38,690 nucleotides of DNA from an uncultured Candidatus Saccharibacteria bacterium (GCA_964552895.1 CAZKIJ010000002.1:1-38690); one strand, 5' to 3'. Numbered from the stretch's first letter, positions 8,675 through 17,994 are shown. Translations and numbers: made by a program. Notes: generated from the letters alone by a model not told the origin.

Positions 8675-10102
8675 CTATTTTGTATCTGTTTTGTAGACAT
8701 AGAATCGATCACTGTCTGTGCTATTCCTCGACGTTATAATACGAGTGATCTTGTAACCGGGATACTGTTTGTAGGCGTCCCGTGTGGTGGTGAAACTCTG
8801 GTCGCCGCTAGTGGTCGTCACAATTAGGTTTTTATCATGGCGCGCGACAGCGCTATAAAATGCTAATTGATCTTGCGTGACAACCAATCGCTTCGTATTC
8901 GCTGGAAGCAATTCAAGATCATTACTAAAGTTTTGAGTGGTTTGCGGCTCATAGAAATAGCCATAGGCGTAGCGGTCGAGCCCCGAACTGACGAGGGCAA
9001 CAACGAGCAAAATCAACGGAACGAGACCTACGACTCGCGCGTAAGGATTACGTGGAAATAAACGATACCAATAGCTTATGAGGGCCTGTAACCCGATGGC
9101 TAGTAACAAGACGAGAGGCGTAAAGATTACAGAGGTAAAATTCGGGTTAATAAGTAAGACCGGAATAAGACAGAGGATCCAGGCGATAATGAGATAACTT
9201 TGTGTCGTCTCTCTAGTACGAAAAACACGGTATGCGCCATACGCAATCAGTAATAATGACCCCATGCCAAATACTGGCGTCATTAACGTTGTACTACTTG
9301 GTTTCCAGAACTCGACGTATTGCTTCCCGATCGTCACGATGTTCGCCCAAAAGTCCGGGAATTTTGCCGGTGCGCCAAGTAACGTCAGCGCGAGTGAAGG
9401 ATTTGTAAAAATACCATAAAGCAGCGGCGAAATGATTATAAAACCAAGAATGATTGCCACTGTTAACTTTACTTTTGAAAGTCGACGAATAATAGTACGC
9501 AGATGTGGGTGCAAGAAACCGGCCAACACCATTGCAATCAAGGGATAAATGCTGAGTGGCGTATACAGGCTCAATGCCGCAGCGATAAAGAACAGAACTT
9601 TCCAAATAAAAGTATATGATTGAGCTCTTGAAATGAGAACGCCGAATAACAAAAGCACGACTGGCCAGAAAACATATAAAATACTCGGCGTCCCCTTTTG
9701 CGATATAAACAGGAATTGCCCCGTTGTAATGGCAATAATTGAGGCTAAAATAGCGATATTACGATGGAACCAACGGCTCAGTAAAAAAATTAATCCTATC
9801 GCAGACAGAAACCCGAGGATTAATGACGGTAATTTAATACTAAAGTCGTGGACGCCGAATAGAGTAATACTGACAGCCTGGAGAGCATAGAAGGGTAAGT
9901 TAACAATTGCGAAACTATTAAAATTACTGAAACTGAGGCTATCACTTTTAATAACTGCCTGTTGTTCGGTGAGAGAGATGCCACCAGGTAAAAAGAGGCC
10001 GGCTACCAATAATAAGCCGATGAGAATAATACCGACAAAGCCGTAGCCTATCACATATCGCCAGCGATAGATGGTTACACTCATGATGTCAAACGCTGCC
10101 AT
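8675..10102 (-). CDS. polytopic membrane glycosyltransferase, GT39/ArnT/PMT-like
   Basis: About 11-13 TM helices. The N-terminal loop LPFYALQAVSITLFGVHDFSIKLPSLILGFLSAIGLIFLL resembles the ArnT/PMT family signature region, and there is a soluble C-terminal domain. Confidence 0.55.
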   Translation of the reverse strand: MAAFDIMSVTIYRWRYVIGYGFVGIILIGLLLVAGLFLPGGISLTEQQAVIKSDSLSFSNFNSFAIVNLPFYALQAVSITLFGVHDFSIKLPSLILGFLSAIGLIFLLSRWFHRNIAILASIIAITTGQFLFISQKGTPSILYVFWPVVLLLFGVLISRAQSYTFIWKVLFFIAAALSLYTPLSIYPLIAMVLAGFLHPHLRTIIRRLSKVKLTVAIILGFIIISPLLYGIFTNPSLALTLLGAPAKFPDFWANIVTIGKQYVEFWKPSSTTLMTPVFGMGSLLLIAYGAYRVFRTRETTQSYLIIAWILCLIPVLLINPNFTSVIFTPLVLLLAIGLQALISYWYRLFPRNPYARVVGLVPLILLVVALVSSGLDRYAYGYFYEPQTTQNFSNDLELLPANTKRLVVTQDQLAFYSAVARHDKNLIVTTTSGDQSFTTTRDAYKQYPGYKITRIITSRNSTDSDRFYVYKTDTK

Positions 10103-10151
10103 AAACTGTTATTAGTATACCGTAAAAAAAATGTTTTGTTATGTTTGTCGG

Positions 10152-11501
10152 CTAATCATTGTGTTTTCGATCAAGTGACATAAAGCGCAGACGCTCTGGG
10201 TGGAAGTATAATTCTATTTTGCCTGTCGGGCCGTTACGATGCTTGGCGATGATCAAGTCTGTAATGTTCTCTCTATCAGTTTCAGGGTTATAGTAATACT
10301 CTCGATAAATGAACATGACAATATCAGCATCTTGCTCGATGGAACCTGATTCACGCAAGTCGGCTAGCTGTGGTATTTGTGGACTTCGCGATTCAACTGA
10401 ACGAGATAACTGCGACAGAGCAATAACCGGGACGTTTAATTCACGGGCAATTAACTTTAAGCCACGAGAGATCTCACTTACCTCTTGGACGCGATTACCG
10501 TCACTGCGGCCGCTAGCTTGCATTAACTGTAAGTAGTCAACAATAATCAAGCCGAGGGGTTGCTCATGGGCAGCACGGCGGGCTTTGGTGCGCATTTCTA
10601 GCACGCTTAGCCCCGGCGTGTCATCAATAAAAATTGGTGCTTCGGCCATTTCTCCCATTGCTTCTGACAGTTTGGAAAAATCTTCATCAGACAAATTACC
10701 GGTCCGAATATTCCAGGCATCCACACCCGAAGCATCGGCTAACATACGGTCAACCAGTTGCTCTTTACTCATTTCAAGACTAAAGAATAGAACCGGTTGT
10801 TTAGCAATCGTCGCGACATTATACGCTAAATTAGTGACCAGTGTCGTCTTCCCCATGGCAGGTCGAGCGGCGAGAATAATTAAATCGCTCCGCTGTAACC
10901 CGGCGGTCATATTGTCGAGGTCGCGATAACCGGTCCGAATCCCACGCAGACTGCCTTTATTACGGTGCAATTCTTCCAAGCGGTCAAAACTATCCGTTAA
11001 AATACTTTCCAAGCTGATGAGGTCTTGTTTCAATGATTGATCGCTCACCGAGAACAGTTCAGCCTCGGCTTTTTCTAGCAATTCTTGTGTCGAGGTTTCT
11101 TCGTCAAAGCCAAGCTCAGATATGTCAGCGCTGGCCTTAATGAGGCGACGTCGAATTGCTTTTTGTTGAACGAGCTCAGCATATGCCTCGGCATGAGCAG
11201 CAGTCGGCACGTAATTCGTTAATTCAGATAAGTACGAAGAGCCTCCGACAGTTTCTAATTCTTTTTTGCGGTTGAGTTCATCGGTGAGCGTTAGTAAATC
11301 GACCGGTTTGTGCTTTTCGTACAGGCGCATCATGCCGTCAAAAATCACGGCGTGACGTTTATCATAAAAATCGGCTGCTTTAACGTGTTCAGAGATATCA
11401 GCCAGCACTTCTTCGTCAATTAAAACCGCACCGAGCAGACTCATCTCGGCGTCGACGGATTGTTGCGGCACTTTGCCTGCGGGTACTTCCTTACTGGCCA
11501 T
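10152..11501 (-). CDS. dnaB: replicative DNA helicase DnaB
   Basis: N-terminal domain (PQQSVDAEMSLLGAVL), Walker A ARPAMGKTT, Walker B IIVDYLQLM, SQLSR, ADIVMFIYRE. Confidence 0.95.
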   Translation of the reverse strand: MASKEVPAGKVPQQSVDAEMSLLGAVLIDEEVLADISEHVKAADFYDKRHAVIFDGMMRLYEKHKPVDLLTLTDELNRKKELETVGGSSYLSELTNYVPTAAHAEAYAELVQQKAIRRRLIKASADISELGFDEETSTQELLEKAEAELFSVSDQSLKQDLISLESILTDSFDRLEELHRNKGSLRGIRTGYRDLDNMTAGLQRSDLIILAARPAMGKTTLVTNLAYNVATIAKQPVLFFSLEMSKEQLVDRMLADASGVDAWNIRTGNLSDEDFSKLSEAMGEMAEAPIFIDDTPGLSVLEMRTKARRAAHEQPLGLIIVDYLQLMQASGRSDGNRVQEVSEISRGLKLIARELNVPVIALSQLSRSVESRSPQIPQLADLRESGSIEQDADIVMFIYREYYYNPETDRENITDLIIAKHRNGPTGKIELYFHPERLRFMSLDRKHND

Positions 11502-11511
11502 CTCTCTTCAT

Positions 11512-12870
11512 TTATACGGCCTCAAGCGAGACCTCTTCTCCTCCGCCCATAATAACAGCAACCGCGGCTGCTTGGCTATCCCGTGGTGGTGGTGTAGTGG
11601 GAACAGTGTGGACAGTCAGTGTAGAACTGCCAACCTCTTTCAAGGATGCATAAAGAAGTGCACTGTATTTGCTATCATCAAGTTTTTTCTTATAAAAAGC
11701 GTTCGACGTATAGAGTGTTAGGTCGTTACCGCTAAGGGCATACTGACATTTCGATAAAACACTATATATGGCGACGTGATGTTGTCGGGTGTATTCGACT
11801 AAGTTTTGCCAATCAAAAACAGGCGTGTCTCCTCTTTTTTTGGTTGTTTTCTTTGTCAAAGACTCGATGGTGGCCGTTACTTCCAGCACCGGTGATGCTA
11901 AGGCGGCGGTTTTGGGCACGTGTTTTGCGGCCGCATTTCCTAGAACGGTAAATAATTTCAATTCGGGCTGTGCGCTTTTTGCAACGTCTAATAGCGAATC
12001 CAACAGACCAAGTAACTGAGGTTTTTCGATCGCCAATGAGCGCAACTGATGGGTTAATTGATCAGCTAACATAGTAGCAGTAATTCCCTGTTGCTGTGCA
12101 TTATCGAGTGCGGTGGTCAGGGAGGCAATATTATGATTCGACACCGCTTCAATGATAGTACTCAATAACTCACGGGGCGCTAAGCCAAGCGTCGCTTCCA
12201 CCAAGGCGGCAGTAATGCCCTCCTGACCGTCAGCTAAGCTACTGAGTTGATCGAGCAAGCTAATGCTATCACGGAAACTTCCGTCACCTCGCTCAGCTAA
12301 TATAGCCACTGCCTCATCACTTATTTTAATATGTTCTTGCGTCGCAATATGCTTCAACTGCTTGATGGCGTCAGCGGGTGAAATCGCACGAAACCCAAAA
12401 CGCTGGGTACGGCTGATGATAGTTGCCGGTATTTTATCAACGTCCGTCGTTGCTAAAATAAAGACGACATGTTCCGGCGGTTCCTCTAATGTTTTCAGCA
12501 AAGCGTTAAAAGCAGCTTTAGACAACATGTGGACTTCGTCGATTATATAAACTTTTTTGTTGGCGGACACTGGCGTAATGTGGACTTTTTCACGTAAATC
12601 ACGAACGTCTTCAACACCGTTGTTACTCGCTGCATCAATTTCGATAATATCGAGATGTGTTGTCTCTTCGGTGTAGGGTAATTGGTTAATTTCATGTGCA
12701 AGAATACGGGCGACCGACGTTTTTCCAACGCCGCGAGGTCCTGTAAGCAGGTAGGCATGTGACACATGACCGGCTTTGATAGCCCGAGCCAAAATGGTCG
12801 TAATGTGATCTTGGCCAACTATTTCATCCAAGTTCTTGCTGCGATATTTGCGGTATAGCGCCAGTGCCAT
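11512..12870 (-). CDS. dnaX: DNA polymerase III subunit gamma/tau
   Basis: YRKYRSKNLDEIVGQDH, Walker A GPRGVGKTS, IIDEVHMLS, SRTQRF sensor motif. Confidence 0.93.
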   Translation of the reverse strand: MALALYRKYRSKNLDEIVGQDHITTILARAIKAGHVSHAYLLTGPRGVGKTSVARILAHEINQLPYTEETTHLDIIEIDAASNNGVEDVRDLREKVHITPVSANKKVYIIDEVHMLSKAAFNALLKTLEEPPEHVVFILATTDVDKIPATIISRTQRFGFRAISPADAIKQLKHIATQEHIKISDEAVAILAERGDGSFRDSISLLDQLSSLADGQEGITAALVEATLGLAPRELLSTIIEAVSNHNIASLTTALDNAQQQGITATMLADQLTHQLRSLAIEKPQLLGLLDSLLDVAKSAQPELKLFTVLGNAAAKHVPKTAALASPVLEVTATIESLTKKTTKKRGDTPVFDWQNLVEYTRQHHVAIYSVLSKCQYALSGNDLTLYTSNAFYKKKLDDSKYSALLYASLKEVGSSTLTVHTVPTTPPPRDSQAAAVAVIMGGGEEVSLEAV

Positions 12871-13061
12871 AGTTCTCCCCTTTTTTGTTCTTAGTTTTTA
12901 TTTTACCTATATTTTTTGGTGATATCGTTGTGGTTTACGCCTTCGCTTTTTTCACATCATCATTCTTGCGCAGCGACGCATAAATGACGACAATCATTCA
13001 TTTTTTGTTTTTCACACCTTTGTGATGACGTTACTATATACCTAAAAAAGCATGAGCGCAA

Positions 13062-13086
13062 CAAAAAACGCCCCTTTTGGAGCGGT
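13062..13086 (-). terminator. intrinsic terminator after 13091 gene
   Basis: Minus strand CGCTCC-aaaa-GGGGCG followed by TTTTTTG, 5 nt after the stop. Confidence 0.6.
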
Positions 13087-13090
13087 TTCT

Positions 13091-13660
13091 TTAAAGTGCG
13101 GCTTCGACTGCAGCCCACGTCGCATCTGGGTTATCCTCTGGGATAATGATAGTGACTTGGTCACCAATATTGATACGGAAGTATGTCACACTGGCCAATA
13201 AAATGCGGTATTCCGTGCCATTTGCTTCGACATAGTAAGCGCCATCATGTTGGACTAAAGTACCAATGATTTGACGGCGTTCCACGGGACCGATTTGCTT
13301 GTAAATAAAGCTACCGTCGTCGGCAATTGTTAGTTTGAGGATATCACCCTCAACCAATTTAGATTTACTCGCGTAGTTGGCAGGGACGGGATATTCTTTG
13401 CCATCAGGGCCAGCCATTTTCTGGCCGTCAAATACGCCCTCGACCACTTTACCGCTGACATCCTCGTTGGTATGGTTTTTAGGGGTGATAACACTGCCGT
13501 CATCGCCAATAATACTGATCAATAATTCCTTAGCGGCAGCTAAATTTGTCTCCGCCTCTTGGATCAACGCATGTAAGCGTTTGACTTGCTTCTCTGGTAA
13601 TTCAGACATATCGGTGACTCGCAATTCCTTTTTGTCTATTTTTGAATGGTAATACCCCAC
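13091..13660 (-). CDS. hypothetical protein (coiled N-terminus, beta-rich C-terminus)
   Basis: Protein-like composition. The longest form starts at a GTG without an RBS. An alternative ATG at 13609 (MSELPEKQV...) has AAGGAA 15 nt upstream, so the start is uncertain. Confidence 0.6.
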   Translation of the reverse strand: MGYYHSKIDKKELRVTDMSELPEKQVKRLHALIQEAETNLAAAKELLISIIGDDGSVITPKNHTNEDVSGKVVEGVFDGQKMAGPDGKEYPVPANYASKSKLVEGDILKLTIADDGSFIYKQIGPVERRQIIGTLVQHDGAYYVEANGTEYRILLASVTYFRINIGDQVTIIIPEDNPDATWAAVEAAL

Positions 13661-13832
13661 TTATAGCAAGGTATTGTAAAGAAGTCAATAATAATCTGGG
13701 CGGATGAACCGTATCTTGTTTTAATTAGTTAGCATCTTAAGGTTTTTTGCAAAAAGTGCGTTAACAAAGCTTTTCCACATCAAAAACAGATGAAAAATTT
13801 ATATTGTTGTAAAATTTCGTTAAAAATTTCAA

Positions 13833-13865
13833 TAAAAATACCGCCCTTGGTGAGCGGTATTTTGT
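13833..13865 (-). terminator. intrinsic terminator after rplL
   Basis: ATACCGC-ccttggtga-GCGGTAT flanked by A/T runs (minus strand: stem then TTTTTATTG). Confidence 0.7.
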
Positions 13866-13904
13866 ACGGATCACAGATGGCCGATAGAACAAGTGGGTAG
13901 CGGT

Positions 13905-14285
13905 CTAGCTAAGCTCAACAGTAGCACCGGCCTCTTCGAGGGTTTTCTTGGCAGCTTCTGCTTCGTCTTTAGCAACTTTCTCTTTTACAACTGCAGGGGC
14001 GCCATCGACAATGGCTTTTGCTTCACCCAAGCCCAGACCGGTAATGTCTTTAACGGCTTTGATGACAGCAACTTTTTGAGCACCAGCGTCCTTGAGGTTG
14101 ATAGTGTATTCAGATTTTGCTTCCTCTACAGGTGCAGCCTCAGCGCCAGCAGCAGCTGGACCAGCGACGGCAACAGCCGCTGCAGCTTCAATACCGTGTT
14201 CTTCTTTTAAAATGTTCTTTAGTTCGTTTACTTCTAAAACAGTCAAGCCGACGAGTTCGTCAGCTAATTTCTTTAAATCCGCCAT
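13905..14285 (-). CDS. rplL: 50S ribosomal protein L7/L12
   Basis: Ala-rich hinge. C-terminal domain [27 protein letters not shown]...EEAGATVEL. Confidence 0.97.
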   Translation of the reverse strand: MADLKKLADELVGLTVLEVNELKNILKEEHGIEAAAAVAVAGPAAAGAEAAPVEEAKSEYTINLKDAGAQKVAVIKAVKDITGLGLGEAKAIVDGAPAVVKEKVAKDEAEAAKKTLEEAGATVELS

Positions 14286-14345
14286 AAATGACTCCTTATT
14301 TGGTTAATAATGATTGGTGATTGGGATTTTTCCCCAAGTTACTTA

Positions 14346-14870
14346 TTAATTGGTTGCTTTTGCAGAAACACCGTCCAATAATGCATGCAAGTTGCCCGAA
14401 AGCGCGTTGGTAACATCGTGAACCGGTGAAAGTAGTTGAGCGATAACTTCGCCGATGAGTTGTGCTTTACTTGGTAGACTCGCTAAAGCTTTGACTTCAT
14501 CCGCGGCCATAGTGAGGCCTTCACCAGAAAAGCCGCCCATAATTTGTAAGGCAGGGTTTGTTTTTGCAAACGTATCCAACACCTTAGCGGGGGCAACTTC
14601 ATCGTCACTACTGATGGCATAGAGCAATTGTCCGTTCAAATTAGACAGGTCGGCACTTTTATAAGTATCGATGTTTTCCAATGTCACGCGTACTAAACGG
14701 TTTTTAACGACCTTTATAGTGACACCCACTTCCCGTGCGGCGGCACGGAGCGTTTGAATGTCAGCTACGGACAAGCCTTCGTACTTGGCAAAAACAGTCG
14801 TTTTCGCCGCGCTCAGCAGTTCGCTCATCTCAGCAACCAACTCGTTCTTTTTATCGCGTGTAATTGCCAT
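14346..14870 (-). CDS. rplJ: 50S ribosomal protein L10
   Basis: Immediately upstream of rplL. KKNELVAEMSELL..VFAKYEGLSVADIQTLR typical of the L10 N-terminus. Confidence 0.93.
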   Translation of the reverse strand: MAITRDKKNELVAEMSELLSAAKTTVFAKYEGLSVADIQTLRAAAREVGVTIKVVKNRLVRVTLENIDTYKSADLSNLNGQLLYAISSDDEVAPAKVLDTFAKTNPALQIMGGFSGEGLTMAADEVKALASLPSKAQLIGEVIAQLLSPVHDVTNALSGNLHALLDGVSAKATN

Positions 14871-15102
14871 AAAATTCTCCCGTTGGTTAATATAGGGTTT
14901 TGTTGTTCAAATTTCGACCATATTGTAAACGTACAGACATTGGCGTGTGTTCAGAGAAACAAAAAAGTCTTTGATTCTCATACAGCCAAAGACTCAGAAT
15001 TCTGCGTTAAGATTTCCTCGGTGGCATAATTAAGCTGTTTAGGCTGCCACTGTCTCTGGTATGTCTATACGGCATTATATAAAATGCTTTAACAACTGTC
15101 AA
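14871..15102 (-). promoter_or_regulatory. rplJ promoter (TTGACA-17-TATAAT) plus ~195-nt L10-type leader
   Basis: Minus strand: -35 TTGACA at 15097-15102 and -10 TATAAT at 15074-15079, exactly 17 nt apart. The leader contains a GTGGCA...TGCCAC helix and a terminator hairpin. Confidence 0.55.
14960..14995 (-). terminator. attenuator/terminator hairpin within the rplJ leader
   Basis: Minus strand AGTCTTTG-gctgtatgagaat-CAAAGACT followed by TTTTTTG, ~95 nt upstream of the rplJ ATG. Confidence 0.55.
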
Positions 15103-15196
15103 TACCCCTGGTGAGACGTTGAAAATCAGCGAATATTCGGCTATAGTAAGACGCTGTCTTTGTACATCGCAAAGGCATTCGACGAAGGGATAATAC

Positions 15197-15490
15197 ATGG
15201 ATCAGATCAGCGTGATTGATCACCGTGCCAATAAAGCACGACGCGCCGCAAGGCCAAGCATCAAAAAACTCGCGACTCGACTCATAGATGAGCCCGACCT
15301 GGCATCTAGCGATGTCCGAATTTTCGATCTCGAATATGCGATTGTCGCGCAGTACGGCGGATTGCATATTGGTGAAGTTCGTGACGGCTTGCACGACGAA
15401 CTGTTGGAGCAAGCGACACCGACGCAGCTTCAAGCACTCCGAAAGACCGGATCGGAAATAAAAAATCTCATCAACCGCGTTCCCAGCTAG
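15197..15490 (+). CDS. hypothetical protein (97 aa)
   Basis: ATG with GAAGGGA RBS at a 6-nt spacing. Sensible composition. Followed by two hairpins, the second a canonical terminator. The antisense 147-aa ORF looks spurious. Confidence 0.55.
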   Translation: MDQISVIDHRANKARRAARPSIKKLATRLIDEPDLASSDVRIFDLEYAIVAQYGGLHIGEVRDGLHDELLEQATPTQLQALRKTGSEIKNLINRVPS

Positions 15491-15498
15491 GAGCTTCA

Positions 15499-15539
15499 AT
15501 GATCGGTGGCCACGACAATGGTGTGCGGCCACCGATCAT
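15499..15539 (+). repeat. perfect 13-bp inverted repeat (ATGATCGGTGGCC / GGCCACCGATCAT)
   Basis: Arms at 15499-15511 and 15527-15539, read directly from the sequence. It starts 9 nt after the stop of the 97-aa ORF. Confidence 0.8.
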
Positions 15540-15553
15540 GTCTCTGTCGACGA

Positions 15554-15588
15554 GCCCTCCCTTTTTCGGGGAGGGCCTATTTAATTTC
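15554..15588 (+). terminator. intrinsic terminator
   Basis: GCCCTCCC-tttttc-GGGGAGGGC followed by CTATTTAATTT. Confidence 0.7.
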
Positions 15589-15599
15589 TGTATAAAATG

Positions 15600-15608
15600 T
15601 GGTATAAT
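15600..15608 (+). promoter_or_regulatory. extended -10 promoter (TGGTATAAT), leaderless configuration
   Basis: Same TGGTATAAT nonamer as at 4183-4191. ATG 15616 lies 7 nt downstream. Confidence 0.5.
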
Positions 15609-15615
15609 AATGCTA

Positions 15616-16641
15616 ATGTTCAGTGACATACGTACATCCGAACGTCCAAGCGGTGACTCAAATGAGTCATCTTCTTTCTTAGATAGGATACAACAATGGT
15701 ATACCCTTGAACATAATCATGGAAAGACGACAAGCTGGGCGCCCACACCCTATGGCATCGACCGCTTAACAGCAAAAAAACAACGGCATGTCGCCGACCA
15801 ACTACAAGCCCGCAGTTCACGTCACATTCCTCCGCATCTTCCTCCTCATATTGCCAAGCTGGTTCAACTGCATGTCATTGCTCGGTTTCACGAACGAGCG
15901 GCTGATAATAATATGAGTCGTGATACTCGTTTGAAAAAAGATTTTAATGATGTTTCGCCTGAGCTGTTGCGGTACTATCATCGTGGTGAACGTGGGATTG
16001 CAACGCCCTACCAACTATTAAAAGTACGCCAAGCATTTGGATTTCGTTCGATTGAGTTAGCCCGCTTGACCCATCCATTTGGTCGCCGGATCGAAGAGCT
16101 TGTCCCAATGCGCCGAGCAGTCAACATCGGACTGGTGGCTTTGAATGCTCATTTCTTACAGGATCAACCTACCTATCATGTTATTAATGGTGATCAAGGT
16201 GTTTCCGTTAACCCATTTATTCAGGACGGCCTTTTGATGACCCGCGAACGGCGAATTGCTGATTTTCACGACGGAACACAGGTAAAGGAGCGGTCCTCGT
16301 TTATTCTTCGTATCGATGCCGAAAGCGGGTTCGATCACACTATTGCACGTAAAATTCGTACTATCGACACCAGCAATAATAAGAAGTGGTTACAGGAAGT
16401 CGAAACTATCACTGATTTTGGCACGATTGCTCATAATCTCCTTGAGACAAATAATTTTGATGCTGCTATTCCATTATCAACGACGACATATGCGTACAAT
16501 AAAGTGACTGAAGCACTGCAGCAACTGTCTGAAACCGACCACTCACATAGCGAGGCATTTGAACGCATACAAAAAATTGCCCTCGAAGATTACGAAGGTA
16601 TGATTTTCATCAACAGTTCAGCTCCTACAGAAGAGGACTAA
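15616..16641 (+). CDS. hypothetical protein (~341 aa)
   Basis: The ORF track starts at 15499, but that part runs through two hairpins, a terminator and a promoter. In-frame ATGs at 15610 and 15616 follow the -10 box. No family recognised. Confidence 0.6.
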   Translation: MFSDIRTSERPSGDSNESSSFLDRIQQWYTLEHNHGKTTSWAPTPYGIDRLTAKKQRHVADQLQARSSRHIPPHLPPHIAKLVQLHVIARFHERAADNNMSRDTRLKKDFNDVSPELLRYYHRGERGIATPYQLLKVRQAFGFRSIELARLTHPFGRRIEELVPMRRAVNIGLVALNAHFLQDQPTYHVINGDQGVSVNPFIQDGLLMTRERRIADFHDGTQVKERSSFILRIDAESGFDHTIARKIRTIDTSNNKKWLQEVETITDFGTIAHNLLETNNFDAAIPLSTTTYAYNKVTEALQQLSETDHSHSEAFERIQKIALEDYEGMIFINSSAPTEED

Positions 16642-17296
16642 TCTTTTGCCAAATAAGCTGGGTTACTTCATCAGGAGTACCTGTAGCATCAGTGATTTCG
16701 ATGGCGTTATCATTGGCGAATTGAACGTAACCGTCTTGCATACTTTGCTGAAAGGATTCAGGCATAGATTCAAATGTATCCTGGTCGCTGCCACGTGAAC
16801 GCTGAGCATTATGTAATCGTTTTTGTCGTTCGGCTTCTTTTTTGATCGCCAAGATACAAACAAGGTCGGGTGACATATATGTTGGACCCACATGTTCTTG
16901 GGTATATGCGCGAATTTTTTTAAGGTCAACACCTTCACCATAGCCCTGGTAAGCCATGGTTGAAATCCAGCTACGAGCAGTGACGACCCATTGGCCCCTT
17001 TTTAAAGCTGGCTCAATGGCCTCGTTCCAGATAGATTGCCGAGCTTCGGTGAACCACATGACGTTTTCCCAAGCCGTTCGTTCAATCGATTTGTCCTTAA
17101 TAATTCTACGAAGTTCATTAGCACGGGGAGTGCCACCTGGTTCTTGAACCGGTTCCATTTGGTCTGTCTCATCATTAAGTACGTAGAGAGGGCTTTTACC
17201 CAGTTGTTCTAGGCGTTTTGAAATTGTGATGGCTTGTAATGATTTACCCGTTCCATCACTGCCTTCAATGACGATGTATTTACCGCGTTCGTGCAT
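16625..17296 (-). CDS. tmk: dTMP (thymidylate) kinase
   Basis: P-loop IVIEGSDGTGKS, DR-like and lid regions, ~220 aa. The start overlaps the dcd stop (TAATG). Confidence 0.88.
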   Translation of the reverse strand: MHERGKYIVIEGSDGTGKSLQAITISKRLEQLGKSPLYVLNDETDQMEPVQEPGGTPRANELRRIIKDKSIERTAWENVMWFTEARQSIWNEAIEPALKRGQWVVTARSWISTMAYQGYGEGVDLKKIRAYTQEHVGPTYMSPDLVCILAIKKEAERQKRLHNAQRSRGSDQDTFESMPESFQQSMQDGYVQFANDNAIEITDATGTPDEVTQLIWQKISPLL

Positions 17297-17994
17297 TATG
17301 CCTCCAGCTGAATAGAAACCGGCACTCGACGTTCATCTTTATAGGCACGTGGCAACATCATTTCCGGTTTCCAGTTTTTGACGAGCTCTTTAAGGTCGGT
17401 GCTGGAGTTGTACTTACCGCTCAAGTTTTCATAGCTGCCGCGAACCTCGCCGGTGTGAAAAAACACTAGTTGTGCAATACGTTCGCCGACAGGCAAAACG
17501 ATACTATGCCGCTGATTAAGGTTGTAGACTTCAAGGGTCCAGCGGTTGACGTAGCCAGGGTCGCCCCACCCAGCGTCAAAACAAACGGCAACGCCATTTC
17601 TGCCCCACGTGCTTCGCGATTGCATACTGGTGGTACCGGGTGGCAAGATACCAATGAATTCATTGGTGTGCGCCAAGATGCGTTCACCAGGTTCGATGAC
17701 AATCACCGGATGGTCAAGTGGGATGTTCGCCAGTGGGTCGTTGCCAGTTGCTTCACACCACTCACGAAGCGGCACGGCTTTTTGTGGAGAGCCAAAATAA
17801 CGATCAACTTCAGACTTATCAAAGGGATTATAAAGTGTCACAGGGCTTTTGCGGTCAGTGCGGTAGTACCATTCACCAAGCGTCACATCGATGCTGCTGC
17901 CGTTAATATAGTCCGGTTGGTACGGATGAAAAATAATCTGTCCAGCCTTGATCGCTTCCTCGATCTCGATATTACTATAAACACTCACGTTCAC
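17296..17994 (-). CDS. dcd: dCTP deaminase / dUTPase-superfamily protein
   Basis: GSSIDVTLG, SRSTWGRNGV, DAGWGDPGYVNRWTLEVYN match dCTP-deaminase motifs. GGAGG-N5-GTG favours a start at 17988. Confidence 0.8.
   Translation of the reverse strand: MNVSVYSNIEIEEAIKAGQIIFHPYQPDYINGSSIDVTLGEWYYRTDRKSPVTLYNPFDKSEVDRYFGSPQKAVPLREWCEATGNDPLANIPLDHPVIVIEPGERILAHTNEFIGILPPGTTSMQSRSTWGRNGVAVCFDAGWGDPGYVNRWTLEVYNLNQRHSIVLPVGERIAQLVFFHTGEVRGSYENLSGKYNSSTDLKELVKNWKPEMMLPRAYKDERRVPVSIQLEA

Noticed and set aside
8626-10102. YbaB and the GT39-like protein both begin MAAFD.M, suggesting a duplicated 5' end
   Set aside because: The nucleotide sequences differ (ATGGCCGCATTTGACCAAATG vs ATGGCAGCGTTTGACATCATG) and similarity ends after 7 residues, so it is most likely coincidence.
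12871-13090. Possible SRP (4.5S/scRNA) gene upstream of dnaX, as in Bacillus
   Set aside because: I found no GGAA-tetraloop domain IV-like sequence (…CAGGUCCGGAAGGAAGCAGC…-type) on either strand. The region contains only an RBS/promoter stretch and the terminator of the neighbouring gene.
13893-14307. Plus-strand ORFs (105 and 71 aa) antisense to rplL, and likewise 23869-24345 antisense to nusG and 20476-20772 antisense to rplA
   Set aside because: Antisense shadows of highly conserved genes. They are low-complexity translations (Ser/Phe/Ala-rich).
15089-15532. 147-aa minus-strand ORF, and the 15499 start of the long plus-strand ORF
   Set aside because: The minus ORF is Cys/Arg-rich, has no RBS, and is antisense to a better-supported 97-aa gene. 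The 15499-15609 portion of the plus ORF runs through a 13-bp inverted repeat, a terminator and a -10 box, so I start the gene at 15616.
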